Shown here: one piece after another, positions 40,343-54,900 of the stretch
Numbering within the stretch: the first letter of the stretch is position 1
Layout of the letters: every line of letters starts with the position of its first letter
Source: Octopus sinensis
Taxonomy: Eukaryota
Length of the DNA: 64,000 bases
Reading direction: 5' to 3'
Assembly: GCF_006345805.1 (NCBI RefSeq)
Contig: NC_043018.1
Coordinates: forward strand, 23,498,001 to 23,562,000
Notes under the pieces: generated by a model
Told to the model about the DNA's origin: nothing
Seen by the model: the letters and a program-made list of their open reading frames with translations, nothing else
Databases searched by the model: none
Position numbers and translations under genes: made by a program

Positions 40343-42215
40343 CATACACACATACACACACACACATGATACACATCACACATGTGTATAAACATATATA
40401 TATATATATATAATATATCATCATTAGCATTTAACATCTATGTTCCATGCTGATATGGATAGCTTAAGAAGATCCAACATGTCCAAGGACTGCATTGGAC
40501 TCCAGTGTGTGCTGTGGGTTGGTTCTAACAGCTGGATGCCCTTTCTAATGCCAACCACTTTACAGCATGGACTGGGTGCTTTTTACATGTCGCTTGCACT
40601 GTTGAGGTCACCACACACACATACACACACACACATACCTTCAGTGATTCAAACTATATATCATCCATACCAACCTATTAACCTCACAGGTCTGCACTGT
40701 TCATCCTAAACCTATTGAATATAAACCATTCTCCACATTTCCTTCTCAGATTATGTTTGTTTTCCCTTCTCATTTGTAACAAGAACAACAACGACAATGA
40801 TAATAATTATGATGATAATGGTTTTTTTTTCTTTTTCTTTTTTCAGCCAAAAGAAAACGGTAAAATTGCAGATATTGAGGATACCATTCAAGACGTTGCT
40901 ATGGAACAGAAGACTCTTGTGAGAAAATATGATAAACTGAGGTGAGGTCAATGCACTGTTAAAACAAAACCCCACTTAACTGATAAGGGGTACCTTCCCC
41001 TATCAACACAACTATTCATACCTCCTCTTATCAGCTGTCACACACACACACACACACAGACATATGTTTAATATATATATTTATCTTATTTTTTTTTATA
41101 ATCTTTTGCTTGTTTCCGTCTTTGAACTGTGGCTATCCTGGTACACCACCTTAACAGGTTTAATTAAACTAATTAAAACCTAGTACTTACTGTTACTTAT
41201 TCCAGTGATTTCTTTTGCAATACTGTTAAGTTACAAAGATGCAAACAAACAACACCGGCTGTCAAGTGGTGGTAAGAGACAAACACAGACACACACGCAC
41301 ACACACACACATGACAGTCTTTCAGTATCCATCTTCCAACTCTCAGGCTAAAGTAGAGGACACTTGCCCAAGGTGAAGGCGTTGTGCTGTGGGATTTAAC
41401 ACAAGACCACATGGCTGGAAAGCCAACTTCATAAACACAGAACCAGATCTGTATCTATATATATATGTGTGTGTGTGTATAAAGACTATCTCATACATAT
41501 TATGTAAATATGCATTTATATACATATAAACACATAAGAGATGGCCATAATAGGACATCTGACTCACTAGAAAGAGCAGTTAAACTCCAAACCACTAATA
41601 GTTGTAATTCTGAAATGAGAAGAGAAATAAAAACGTTTCTCTTTCCATTTCAGAATTACAACTATTAGTGGTTTGGAGTTTAACTGCTCTTTCTAGTGAG
41701 TCAGATGTCCTATTATGGCCATCTCTTATGTGTTTAAATGTATATTATATAGTCTATTGACTATTTTTTCCTTCTCGCTAGACCACTCACTGGTAGCGGA
41801 GAATTTTTCTAGAATTTTTTTGCTACCCTAAAATTTATTCATTTATATACATATATATTTCGCTTAGGTATTGCATCACTAATAACCTGGTGTAGAACTC
41901 AATATGCACATGCTTCAGAATGAAATGAAAAGTCGAATACAGAGCGATAGAAAGAAAAAAAGAGATGACAAAGGAAGAAGCAATTATCTTTTGAAGTTCA
42001 TTGGCTTACAGCTGTTTCTGCAATAAGACATGGTAGACTCATAGTTGAGCACCTCTGAGTAACACTTTATAGCTTCACCGCAGCATCTGATGAAGCTGTA
42101 TGGTGTTTCTCAGACACTCAACTATGAGTCCACTGCATTTTATTGCAGAAACAGCTGTGAGCCAATGAACTTCAAAAGATAATCGCTTCTTCCTTTGTCA
42201 TCTCTTTTTTCTCTC

Positions 42216-42247
<32 letters not shown>

Positions 42248-42465
42248 ATATATATATGTGTGTGTGTATATATATATGTGTGTGTGTGTGTATATATATG
42301 TGTATGTATATGTATATATATGTATATATATGTATATATATATGTATATGTATGTATATATTTATATATATATGTATATATTTATATATATATGTATATA
42401 TTTATATATGTATATTATATATATATATGTATATGTATATATTTATATATGTATATGTATATATT

Positions 42466-42496
<31 letters not shown>

Positions 42497-45400
42497 GTAT
42501 ATGTATGTATATATATATGTATATGTATGTATATATATATGTATATGTATGTATATATCTATGTATATGTATGTATATATATGTATATATGTATGGCATA
42601 TGGCTCAGTGGTTAGAGCGTCGAGCTTACGATCGTGAGGTTGTGAGCTCGAATCCCGGACCGGGCTGCGTGTTGTGTTCTTGAGCAAGGCACTTTATTTC
42701 ACGTTGCTCCAGTTCACTCAGCTGTAGAAATGAGTTGCGACGTCACTGGTGCCAAGCTGTATCGACCTTTGTCTTTCCCTTGGATAACACTGGTGGCGTG
42801 GAGAGGGGAGGCTGGTATGCATGGGCGACTGCTGGTCTTCCATAAACAACCTTGCCCGGACTTGTCTAGGAGGGTAACTTTCTAGGTGCAATCCCATGGT
42901 CATTCATGACCGAAGGGGGTCTTTACTTTACTTATATATGTATGACTTGAGTACTGGGGTCGATGTAAGCAACTTACTCCCTGCCCAAACTTGTTAGCTT
43001 TGTGCTAAAATTTGGAACCATTATATAGAGATCTATCTACTTCGAGTTCAACTATTAAAAACAATTTATTTCATATTCTCTCCCTCTATATAGATATGTG
43101 AACATGTTTGGCTTAGTGGTTAGGGTGTTGCGCTCACAGTTGCTGGATTGTGGGTTCAATTCCTGGACTGGGTGGAGCATTGTATTCATGAGCAAAACAG
43201 TTCATTTCATATTGTTCCAGTCCACTCAGCTGTAAAAGGGGCACCCTGTGATGGAATAGCCTTCAAATCAGGGGGCAATGTTAGCCTGCTCACCTAGCCA
43301 GTCAGGTGGTGTCATTCGAAAGCTAATCCAATGTGAAGCGCATTGTGACCAGTGATGTATAACAACATCCGATAGCATTAATTCTGTGTTTGTAATCTGA
43401 TCTGTTTAATCAGCCCCTGGAAAAGGACGTAGATTATATATAATTGTTTTCATTCTCTTTGCAGGGGTTTTGTTAAATATAAGCGTGCAACAAACCAATA
43501 TCGTGAGACAAGTGACAGACTGGAAGACTGGGGAGAGATCTACAACCATGGCAAAGTTAAAGAGAATCTTCAGATGCAGGCAGCCAGGTAAAAGCTTTCC
43601 TATACTCTCTCTCTCTCTCTCTCTCTTCTCCTTTTCTTTACCCTGCTTTCTGTCTTCTTCTTCTGTTCTTATTTTTATGCTATTTTCCCATGTTATACTC
43701 TCACTTCCCCTCCAGTTACTCTACTCTTTTACTCTTTGACTGGTTTCAGTCATTTGACTGTGGCCATGCTGGAGCACTGCCTTTAGTCGAGCAAATCGAC
43801 CCCAGGACTTATTCTTTGTAAGCCTATTACTTATTCTATCGGTCACTTTTGCCAAACCGCTAAGTTACGGAGACGTAAACACACCACCATTGGTTGTCAA
43901 GCAGTGTTGGGGGACAAACACAGACACACAAACATATACACACACATACATACATATATATGAGGGGCTTCTTTTAGTTTCCGTCTACCAAATCCACTCA
44001 CAAGGCTTTTGTTGGCCCAAGGCTATAGTAGAAGACACTTGCCCAAGGTGCCACGCAGTGAGACTGAACCCGGAACCATGTGGTTGGTAAGCAAGCTACT
44101 TACCACACAGCCACTTCTTGTTTTCTATCTTCTACTTTCATCATCATCATCATCATCATTTAATATCCGTTTTCCATGCTGGCATGGGTTGACAGTTTGA
44201 CCAGAGCCAGCAAGATGGAGAACTGCACTAGGTTCCAGTTTGATTTGGCTTGCTTTCTGCAGCTGGATGCCCTTCCTAACCCCAACCCCTTTTACAGAGT
44301 GGACTGGATGCTTTCTATGTAGCATCAGTACAAGAACTTCTTATGTGGCTCTGGCTTACGTGGCTCAGCACGGGTGCTTTTTACATGGCCCAACACGATT
44401 ATGTGACTGTCACATTTATGCTACCCCTTTCTTAGTTACCAATTCTCTTTTCCTCCACTCAACTCTCAAGCTCCTATCTTTCACTTAGTTGACCCTTTCC
44501 TATTTCCACCCTTTCCCCACTCATTCACTCACACACAGACAACATATATACTCACCCATACATGTATGTGCTCTCATCCATCTACATCTTAAACACATCC
44601 AAATTGTACCCTTTCATAATTTTATATCCTTGATTTTAGTTTTTAAGATTAACCTTTTAGCATTTAAACCAGCTATATCCGGCCCAAATACTCTACCTGG
44701 TTTATGGTCAAACTGACCAGATCCAGCCTCTCACACCTACCTCACAATCATCATCATCATCATCATTTAACGTCCGCTTTCCATGCTAGCATGGGTTGGA
44801 CGGTTCAACTGGGGTCTGGGGAGCCCGAAGGCTGCACCAGGCCAGTCAGATCCGGCAGTGTTTCTACAGCTGGATGCCCTTCCTAACGCCAACCACTCCG
44901 AGAGTGTAGTGGGTGATTTTATGTGCCACCGACACAGGTGCCAGACGAGGCTGGCGAACGGCCACGCTCGGATGGTGTTTTTTATGTGCCACCGACACAG
45001 GTGCCAGATGAGGCTGGCAGACAGCCACGCTCGGATGGTGTTTTTATGTGCCACCGACACAAGTGCCAGATGAAGCCACGATCGGATGGTGTTTGTTACG
45101 TGCCCACAGCACGGAGGCCAGTCGATGCGGTACTGGCTACGGCCACGTTCGGATGGTTTTCTTGTGTGCCACCGGCACTGGTACCACAAAGATACAAATT
45201 CCATTGATGTTCATCTATTTTGATTTTTTGATTTTTTGAAACAATCACATCATCAAACTTTCAAAGCTAAAAGATGATGCATGATTAATTCAAAACAATG
45301 TGGATAAACAAGGATCACATTTGACAGAGGAATCTGAATGCTAAAGGGTTACAAAAAAAAAGGGATAAATCCAATAGTGTAAGTAGAGAAAAGAGGAGTA

Positions 45401-47356
45401 CCAATTCTTGGTGAAAAACATTAGAATGGGCCATTCTTTTGGTAAAAAACATTGGGATGAAACATTCTTTTGATTAAAAGAAAAATCATTAAGATACACC
45501 ATTTCTTTGGTGAAAATAACCCCATTAAGACAGGCTGTTCTTTTGATGAAAAATAGAATTGACCATTGTTTTGCTGGAAACATTAGAATGAACCATTCTT
45601 TGGTAAAGGAACATTACAAAAGAGCAATTCTTTGGTGGAAAAAGCTATTAGAATTGATCAACTTTTGGCAGGAAAACATTAAAATTATCTCCTTTACACC
45701 ACATTATTTTTATCAATTTAAAAAAAATGCTTTATTGAATTGATATTTGTCAATGCATGGCTGAGTGGATGAGATGTTTGCTTCCTAACCACATGGTTGT
45801 AGGTTCAGTTCCACTGTGTGGTACCTTGGACTAGTGTCTTCTAATATAGCTCCAATCTTGTGAGTGTATTTGGTAAACAAAAACCAAAAGAAGCCCTCCA
45901 TGTGTGTATATGTGTCGGTATGTATATATGTATGTATGTACATATGTATCTATATATGTGTGAGAGAAAGAGAGTGTGTGTGTATGTTCATGTCTCCTTG
46001 TCTTGACATTGCATGAGAGATGTAAATGAGTGTCACTGTCATACAAGCAGTGTCATTCATTTCCAATATATTGCAAAAACATGTCTGGCCATGGGGGAAA
46101 TATCGCCTGGCTTGGAAACAGGTGAGGGTTAACAACAGGAAGGGCATCCAGCTGTAGAAAATCTGCCTCAATAAACTCTGTCCAACCCATGGAAGCATGA
46201 TAAAATGGACGTTAAAACAATGATGATGACGATGATGACAATACCGCTTCTAAACCTGTGAATTCTTGTTTTTTTTTTCAACTTTTCAACAGATGTATGG
46301 ATTGTGGGGTGCCTTTTTGCCAATCAGACAATGGATGTCCCCTTAGTAATATCATCCCTAAATGGAATGACCTTGTCTTTCAGGTATGTAAGAAAAACAC
46401 TTTTGTAACCTTAACTCCCCTCATCGCCATCTTTGTACCCAACTCTATCAGACTTCAGACTTACACTACTCTCTGCACCCAGTCCTTCTTCCCCGAAAAT
46501 GTCAATCCTCTGAAATTTCCTCTCTGTACATCTTTTCCTTTTTTATTCTGTGGTGGCATGTACTGTGCTGGTGGCACGTAAAAAGCACCCACTACACTCA
46601 TGGAGTGGTTGGTGTTAGGAAGGGCATCCAGCTGTAGAAACACTGACAGATCAGACTGGAGCCTGGTGCAGCCTTCTGGCTTCCCAGATCTCCGGTCGAA
46701 CCGTCCAACCCATGCTAGCATGGAGAATGGACGTTAAACGATGATGATGATGATGATTCTTATTCTATCTGTCACTTTTGCCCAGCTGCTAAGTTACAGG
46801 GACATAAACAAACTGACACATGTTGTCAAGCAGTGGACAGGAATAGAGACAACATAAACACACACCTAATCTTTGGGTGTAATGTTTTGGCACCTGTAGA
46901 GTACAAGTCAAGACTTGACAGGGTTGGCCAATATCTACATTGGATAATGTGTCTGCATTATAAAATCAAAACTGCTGATAAATGGTAAAAGCACCACCCT
47001 GAAGCTGTAACTGAGGGAGAAAATGTAACGATTCTTTGGAACTCTCCAGTATGTACAGACTGGACTATCAAAGCAAATAAACCAGATATTGTTGTGAAAG
47101 ACCTAAACAATAAAGTCTGTTTATTGATTGACATGAGTATACCCTGACGAACTGGCAGAATCATTAGCACACCAGGCAAAATGCTTAGCGATATTTCGCC
47201 CATCGCTATGTTCTGAGTTCAAATTCTGCCGAGGTCGACTTTGACTTTCATCTTTCCGGGGTCAATAAAATAAGTACCAGTTGTAACACTGGGTTCAATG
47301 TAATTGACTCATCCCCTCCCCCAAAATTGCTGCCCTTGTGGCAAAATTTGTAACCA

Positions 47357-47402
<46 letters not shown>

Positions 47403-47620
47403 GATGGCGAGCTGGCAAAATCCCTAGCATACCAGGCGGTATTTTGTCTGCTGATACATTCTGAGTTCAAATTCCGCCGAGGTCAGCTTTGCCTTTCATC
47501 CTTTCAGGGTTGATAAATTATGTACGAGGGAAACACTGGGGTCGATTTAATTGACAAGTCCTCTTCCTTCAAATTTCAAGGCCTTGTGTCTTCAGTAGAA
47601 AGGATTATTATTATCATTAC

Positions 47621-47660
<40 letters not shown>

Positions 47661-48118
47661 GAGTGAGAGAGCAGTTCATGCCATCAAAGTGACACTGGGG
47701 TAAAATATACGAAGCCCAATATACCCATCGTGACTACCCGTCTGATAAGGGTACACCAGGCACATGCATCACAACCATATGTGCGCGACATGGTGATCTC
47801 ATATCAAGATAAACAGCACATGACCTTGCAGGTGGGGCCCAGTTAGAAATTTCTTCAGGTTGAGTAGCCCATCCCGATCAAAAGGTCCCTGAATAAGGGT
47901 TGTTTAAGGATGTTGAAAGAACCACCCATGTTTATTATTATTATTATCATTGTTATCATTATTATCATCATCATCATTATTATTATTATTATCATTGTTA
48001 TCATTATTATTATTATTACTATTATTATTATTATCATTGTTATTATCATCATTATTATTATTATTACTATTGTTATTATTATCATTGTTATCATTATCAT
48101 CATTATTATTATTATTAC

Positions 48119-48156
<38 letters not shown>

Positions 48157-48182
48157 TATCATTGTTATCATTATTATCATCA

Positions 48183-48216
<34 letters not shown>

Positions 48217-48323
48217 CATTGTTATCATTATTATCATCATCATTATTATTATTATTATCATTGTTATCATTATTATCATCATCATTATTATTATTATTAT
48301 CATTGTTATCATTATTATCATCA

Positions 48324-48357
<34 letters not shown>

Positions 48358-48377
48358 CATTGTTATCATTATTATCA

Positions 48378-48417
<40 letters not shown>

Positions 48418-48892
48418 CATTATCATTGTTATCATTATTATCATTATTATTATTATTATCATTGTTATCATTATTATCATCATCATTATTATTATTATTA
48501 TCATTGTTATCATTATTATCATCATCATTATTATTATTATTATTATTACTATTATTATTATTATTATTATCATTGTTATCATTATTATCATCATCATTAT
48601 TATTATTATTATCATTGTTATCATTATTATCATCATCATTATTATTATTATTATTATTATTACTATTATTATTATTATTATTATTATTATCATTATCATT
48701 GTTATCATTATTATCATTATTATTATTATTATCATTGTTATCATTATTATCATCATCATTATTATTATTATTATTATTACTATTATTATTATTATTATTA
48801 TTATCATTGTTATCATTATTATCATCATCATTATTATTATTATTATTATTATATTATTATTATTATTATTATTATTACTATTATTATCATCA

Positions 48893-48925
<33 letters not shown>

Positions 48926-51900
48926 TACTATTATTACTATTATTATCATCATCATTATTATTATTATCATTATTATTATTATTACTGGTTTATATTTGTA
49001 AATGCTAAATGATTCTTTCTCTTCTTTTTTTTAGGGTAACTGGAAAGAAGCACTGGCCACTTTACTGCAGACAAATAACTTCCCAGAATTTACTGGACGT
49101 GTGTGTCCAGCCCCATGTGAAGTAAGGTTGTTTTCTCTCTCGCTTTACCTCTGCCATTTTAACTTTGTTATGGTGAAGTCACATGGCTTAGTGGTTAGGG
49201 TATTTGGCTCATGATCCAAAGGTTGTGAGTTCAATGCCCAGTGGCATGTTATGTCCTTGAGCAAGATACTTTATTTAGCATTGTTCAGCTGGCAAAAATG
49301 AGTAGTACCTGTAGTTCAAAGGACCAGCCTTGTCACATTCTGCGTCACGCTGAATTTCCCCAAGTGTGAAAAGATTACGCATGTCTGTGGAGGACTCAGC
49401 CACTTGCATGTTGATTTCATGAGCAGGCTATTCTGTTGATCAAATCAACTGGAACACTCGTTGTCATAACTGATGGAGAGCCAGGACTTCATTTTGGTAT
49501 TATTTGTGTGTGTGTGTTACTGTGTCTTTGTCTTGACATTGTGTGGTAGTTGTAAATGAATGTCACCTTCACGCAAGCAGTGTCCTTCATTTCCAATCTT
49601 CCGTGAAAACACGTCTGGTCAAGGGGAATCTCACCTTACCTGAAAACATGTGAGGGTTGGTGACAGGAAGAGCATCCAGCTGTAGAAAATGCACCTCAAC
49701 AAATTCCATTCAACCCACATCCAAAAATCGACATTAAATGATTATGATGAATAGGCGCAGGAGTGGCTGTGTGGTAAGTAGCTTGCTAACCAACCACATG
49801 ATTCCAGGTTCAGTCCCACTGCGTGGCACCTTGGGCAAGTGTCTTCTGCTATAGCCCCGGGCCGACCAATGCCTTGTGAGTGGATTTGGTAGACGGAAAC
49901 TGAAAGAAGCCCGTCGTATATATGTATATATATATGTGTGTGTTTGTCCCCCTAGCATTGCTTGACAACCGATGCTGGTGTGTTTACGTCCCCCGTTACT
50001 TAGCAGTTCGGCAAAAGAGACCGATAGAATAAGTACTGGGCTTACAAAAGAATAAGTCCCGGGGTCGAGTTGCTCGATTAAAGGCGGTGCTCCAGCATGG
50101 CCGCAGTCAAATAACTGAAACCAGTAAAAGAACAAAAGAGTATATAAGGAGGATTCAAGGAAAAGGAACTTGCAAATTCAAAAGATGTCGATTGACAGAA
50201 AGATTAAAAGACTGAATGTTTATAAACCAAAGCAAAGCAAACCAATGGTAGTGAGTTCCATAGTGTTGCTTCTTCAATTTTTCATTACCATTTTTCTCAT
50301 GTAAAATGCAAAATATTTTTTGCATATTATAACGAAATAAATTTTGGTTCTTTTTTTGTATCTTTTCAGGGTTCCTGCGTTTTAGGAATCAATTCTTCTC
50401 CAGTGACAATAAAAAATATTGAGTGTGCCATCATAGACCATGCCTTCAGTAATGGATGGATTGTTCCTGTGATCCCGAAAATACGCACTGGCAAGCAGGT
50501 AGCTGTGATAGGCAGTGGGCCCGCGGGGCTTGCTGTGGCCCACCAACTCAATAAGGTGACTATTTAACAACTATCTTTTACTGACGAACTTATTATTTTA
50601 TTTTCCTCCTTCAAAACTTCATCCCAGAATTTTCTTCTTCATGAGAGCATACAGATAAGGATAGCTGTGTAAAGTGCCAAACTCTAATTGTGACAGGTAC
50701 TTGTGGAAGGAGTACCCAGGAATACATGGGATGAAATGGTGAGAAAGGATCTTCAGATGCTGGACCTCACTGAGGAAATGACAAGGGACCAGGGGATGTG
50801 GCGATTTGCAGTACTTGATAAGATACATCACGCTAAATAAAATTGCCATCTTCCACACATACAGGTTTGTCCTTTCAGGTGCTGGTGCCACTTAAAAGCA
50901 CACATGAAGGTGCTCTATAAATGTACCTGTGCCAGTGGCATGTAAAATGCATCCAGCATACTTTGTTAAATGGTTGGCATTTTAGGAAGGGCATCCAGCC
51001 ATAGAAACCAATGCCACAACAGATAATTGGTGTTTGGACAGCTCCATGTCAAACGATCCGACCCATGCCAGCATGGAAAGCAGACATTAAATGATGATGA
51101 CAATGATGATGATGATGACATGGACCTCACTGTGTGGTAAGAAGTTTGCGAGCTGGCAGAAACGTTAGCACGCCGGGCGAGATGCTTAGCGGTATTTCGT
51201 CTGCTGTTACGTTCAGAGTTCAAATTCCGCTGTGGTCGACTTTGCCTTTCATCCTTTCGGAGGTTGATAAATTAAGTACCAGTTACGCACTGGGGTCGAT
51301 ATAACTGACTTAATCTGTCTCTCTGTCCTTGTTTGTCCCCTCTATGTTTAGCCCCTTGTTGGCAATAAAGAAATAAGAAATTTGCTTCCCAACTACATAG
51401 TTTGGGGTTCAATTTTACTGCTAGGCACCTTGGGCAAATGTCTCCTATAGTCTGAGGGAATACACAAAGCTTTGAGAGTGGATTTGGTAGACAGAAACTG
51501 AAAGAAGCCCATTGTATATGTGTGTGTGTGTGTGTTTCTGTTTCCTTTGTCTTGTCATAATAATTGTAAATGAGTGTCACCATTTTGGTGACACTGGTGT
51601 CCTTTGTTTCCAGTCTTCTGTGAAAACATGACTGGTCTTGAGGAAATATTGCCTTATTTGGAAACAGGCAAGGGCATTCAACTGTAGAAAATCTGCCTCA
51701 GTAAAATTGCATTAGATCCATACAAATACCTGATGAAAGGTGGACATTAAAAATGATGGCTTCAATATAAAAGGGTGCTAAACATTATATATACCATTTT
51801 GAAAACAGTAGTCTGGTTTCTTTCTCAAAGCGCCTTGCTCTCTCTCTCAAAGTGGTGTTCTTAAGACCTGCCCACAACAGAATTGAAATCTTAAAACTAA

Positions 51901-54900
51901 GGTTCCACATAAAAAGCATTGGTGTGGGTGCTGGTGCCACATAAAAAGCACCTAGTACATTCTGTGGAACGGTTGGCATTAGGAAAGGCATCCAGCTGTT
52001 GAAACCAAACCAAAACAGTCTATGGAACTTGGTGCCACCCCTGGCCTTGCCAGTTCCAGTCTAGCTGTACAACCCTTGCCAGCATGGAAAGCAGACATTA
52101 AATGTTGTTGATAATGATGATGATGATTTACATTAGAATCTTAGCCAATAATTGATAATTAGTCTAATGGGCTAACATCTTGTCACAAACATCAAACCAA
52201 AGTGGGATACCTTGAACGTCAGTAAACCACTGTATTTACTCATTTACTCACATATAAGTTCCAACCCCTAATTGAGCTGCTCTCCTGCAAAAAACCCATT
52301 ATGCTCTGGCTCCTTCTTTCACACTGTAACCCCTCATCTCTTAGCATAAAGTACCCCCCCCTGCTTTATGATTCATAGTCTTGCAAGCTGCTTAGCAACT
52401 TCATTAATGCTGGTGACATGAAAAAAGCTCCCAGTACACACTGTGAAGTGGTTGGCATTAGGAAGGGCATCCAGCCAAAGCTAGCATGACACTAGAGCAG
52501 CAGCAGTTCTCAACCAGGATCCATATGGCCCTTAAGGGTCTATATAAGATTTTGTTGTTAAATATTTGTGTGCAATAAATTGGATATACTTCCAGAACAA
52601 AATATTTTAAGAATTTTTTTATGTAAAAATATATGATTATTTAAAACATGAAGTGGTTATGAGGGTCCATCTGAGTGGAACAGAAATCAAGGGGATTGTT
52701 AGGAAAAGAAATGGTTGAGCAATACTGCACTAGAGGATAATGCCATCCTTGGCCCCATTCGATCCATTCTGTTCAATCATCAAACCCATGTGAGAACAGA
52801 ACATAGATATTTAAAAGATGATGATGATGATGATGATATAGCCCACACCTGTAGATTCCTTTTTTTTCACATCTGTAGCTGTGAGTCCCTTTTTTCACAG
52901 ATCTAGCTGCGAGTCCTTTTTTTGCACACATGTAGCAGTGAGTCCTTTTTTTGCACACATGTAGCTGTGATGCCTTTTTCACACATGTAGCTGTGACTTT
53001 TTTACACACATGTAGCTGTGTCCTTTTTTCACACATCTAGCTGTGAGTCCTTTTTCACATCTGTAGTTGTGAGTCCATGTTTTTCTTCATATCTGTAACT
53101 GAGTCCTTTTCTGTCACCTCTTAAGCTGTTAGTCTTTTTCACATCTGTAGCTGGGTGTCTGAGTTTTTTTGTTTTTTTTCTTTCTTACATCTGAAACACT
53201 AAGTCTTTGTATTTTCACCACTATAGCTCTGAATGATTTTTACATTTGTAATATATATAAAACCATTTTATTTTCTAGGGTGGACACTCTGTCACTGTGT
53301 ATGAAAGAAATGACCGAATTGGTGGTCTTTTGAGATATGGCATTCCAACGATGAAACTGAGCAAAAAAGTAAGTATTAAATCTTGCAAAATACCTTGTGG
53401 TATTTCTTCTGGCTTTTCACATTTTGAGTTCAAATCCCACTGAGGTCAACTTTGCCTTTCACTCCCTTCAGGATCAATTAAAAATAAAGTATCAGTTAAT
53501 GTAATCAACTTGTCCCCTTCTCTTCCCCCCGAAATCGCTGGCCTTGAATCCTGCAACAGACCGGTGCCACATTCAGAGGACTGTCGTCATCTCAGCCATA
53601 AGGCCGGTTACCATAGAAACCATGTAACCAGCTTTATGAGTCCCAGGGCTCAAGGGAAAAGAAAAACTATCAGCTGATACAAATTTATTTCATTCTTTTT
53701 TCTGTCTGTGTGTCCCATTAAAACTCAATTAATTAGCTGGTTAACCGATTGATTGATTGATTAAATAATTATTGGTTAAGTGTATAATCATTTGCTATTG
53801 GTCAGTTTACAGGTCGATGTAACCTTGTCTGTTGTAGGTCGTCCAAAGAAGAGTTGATCTGATGACTGCCGAAGGTATAGAATTTAAAACCAATACCAGT
53901 GTTGGCAAAGATGTCTCAGCTGTCGAACTACACCAGAAATATGATGCTATGGTCCTCACTCTTGGTTCCACTTGGCCAAGAGACTTAAAAATTCCAGGTA
54001 GACAAAACCCCATCTTTGCTGTTTGTTGATGTGTGTGCTTCTTGTGCTTAGTGTTGATCATTTTTATACATCAGGCAGACATATGAGTTGTGAGTCTTGT
54101 TAGAGAGTTTTGGGAGTTGTGAGTCTTGGGAGTTGTGTGGTTGATGAAAGGAGCACAACAGAACAAGGAAATAGGAAACAGAAGTGCAACAGGGTCTTAC
54201 CTGACAGGGGATGAAGTCGGATGGCCTTCAGCCAACTTGCTCGCGTTTCGTCGTCTCGGTCCTTGCTCCGGTCTGTCGCCACCGCTCGATGCCGCACGTG
54301 CCTTTTGTCGCTCACTTCCGCTTCCGCCGGCGCATGCGCCCTGCAAGACCTGTAAGCATCACTTCCGCTCCCGCCCGTCCCGTCACACTCCTTCATCACA
54401 CACACACACGCCCCCCCTGATCTAAAATCACTGAACCGGCTTCCTCACTCGCTCCCGCACCGAAACTGGTTTCATAATCAGCCAGCCAGGGAGGAGGGTG
54501 CCGCTCCCTCTGTGGTCGCAGCGCGACCCTAGGACTTGTTTCAGGTGTGTTGCTGTCGACCTCGTCATCCTGTCGGTTGTTTTCGTTCTGCCCACTGTTG
54601 CTTGTCCCATCCTCTGGGGCATGGACAATCCTCCGTATGTCCAAAACGTGGCGTGGCATACCATCGATGGAGATGTTATCTTCGAATTTACGGAGGTTAT
54701 TGTCCCCTTTCCCCATTGCGATGTACACCGTGCGTTTGGGGGTTTTACCCAGACTTCCTCCCCGACCCGCACGAAGGCGTGCTCTTCCTCTGCCCCGGGT
54801 TTGCATGATTAGTACACGGATGCCTCCACTCGTACCTGAATATTGCTCTGTGTGGCACCGATTCCTCAGCCTGTCCGGATCGGGGAGACAAGTTGTACCA

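Noticed and set aside
42595-42670. Possible tRNA-Val gene; similar heads at 3866 and in SINE families A and C
   Set aside because: No closed acceptor stem, and the sequence continues into a repeated SINE body.
47900-49012. Long ORFs of 226-370 aa (poly-I, poly-L, poly-Y/H)
   Set aside because: Translations of the (TTA/TCA)n microsatellite; not genes.
54419-54426. GATCTAAA next to the PPT also matches tRNA-Phe (3' side of the anticodon arm), hinting at a bipartite PBS
   Set aside because: Only 8 nt, so chance is likely; not claimed without conservation data.
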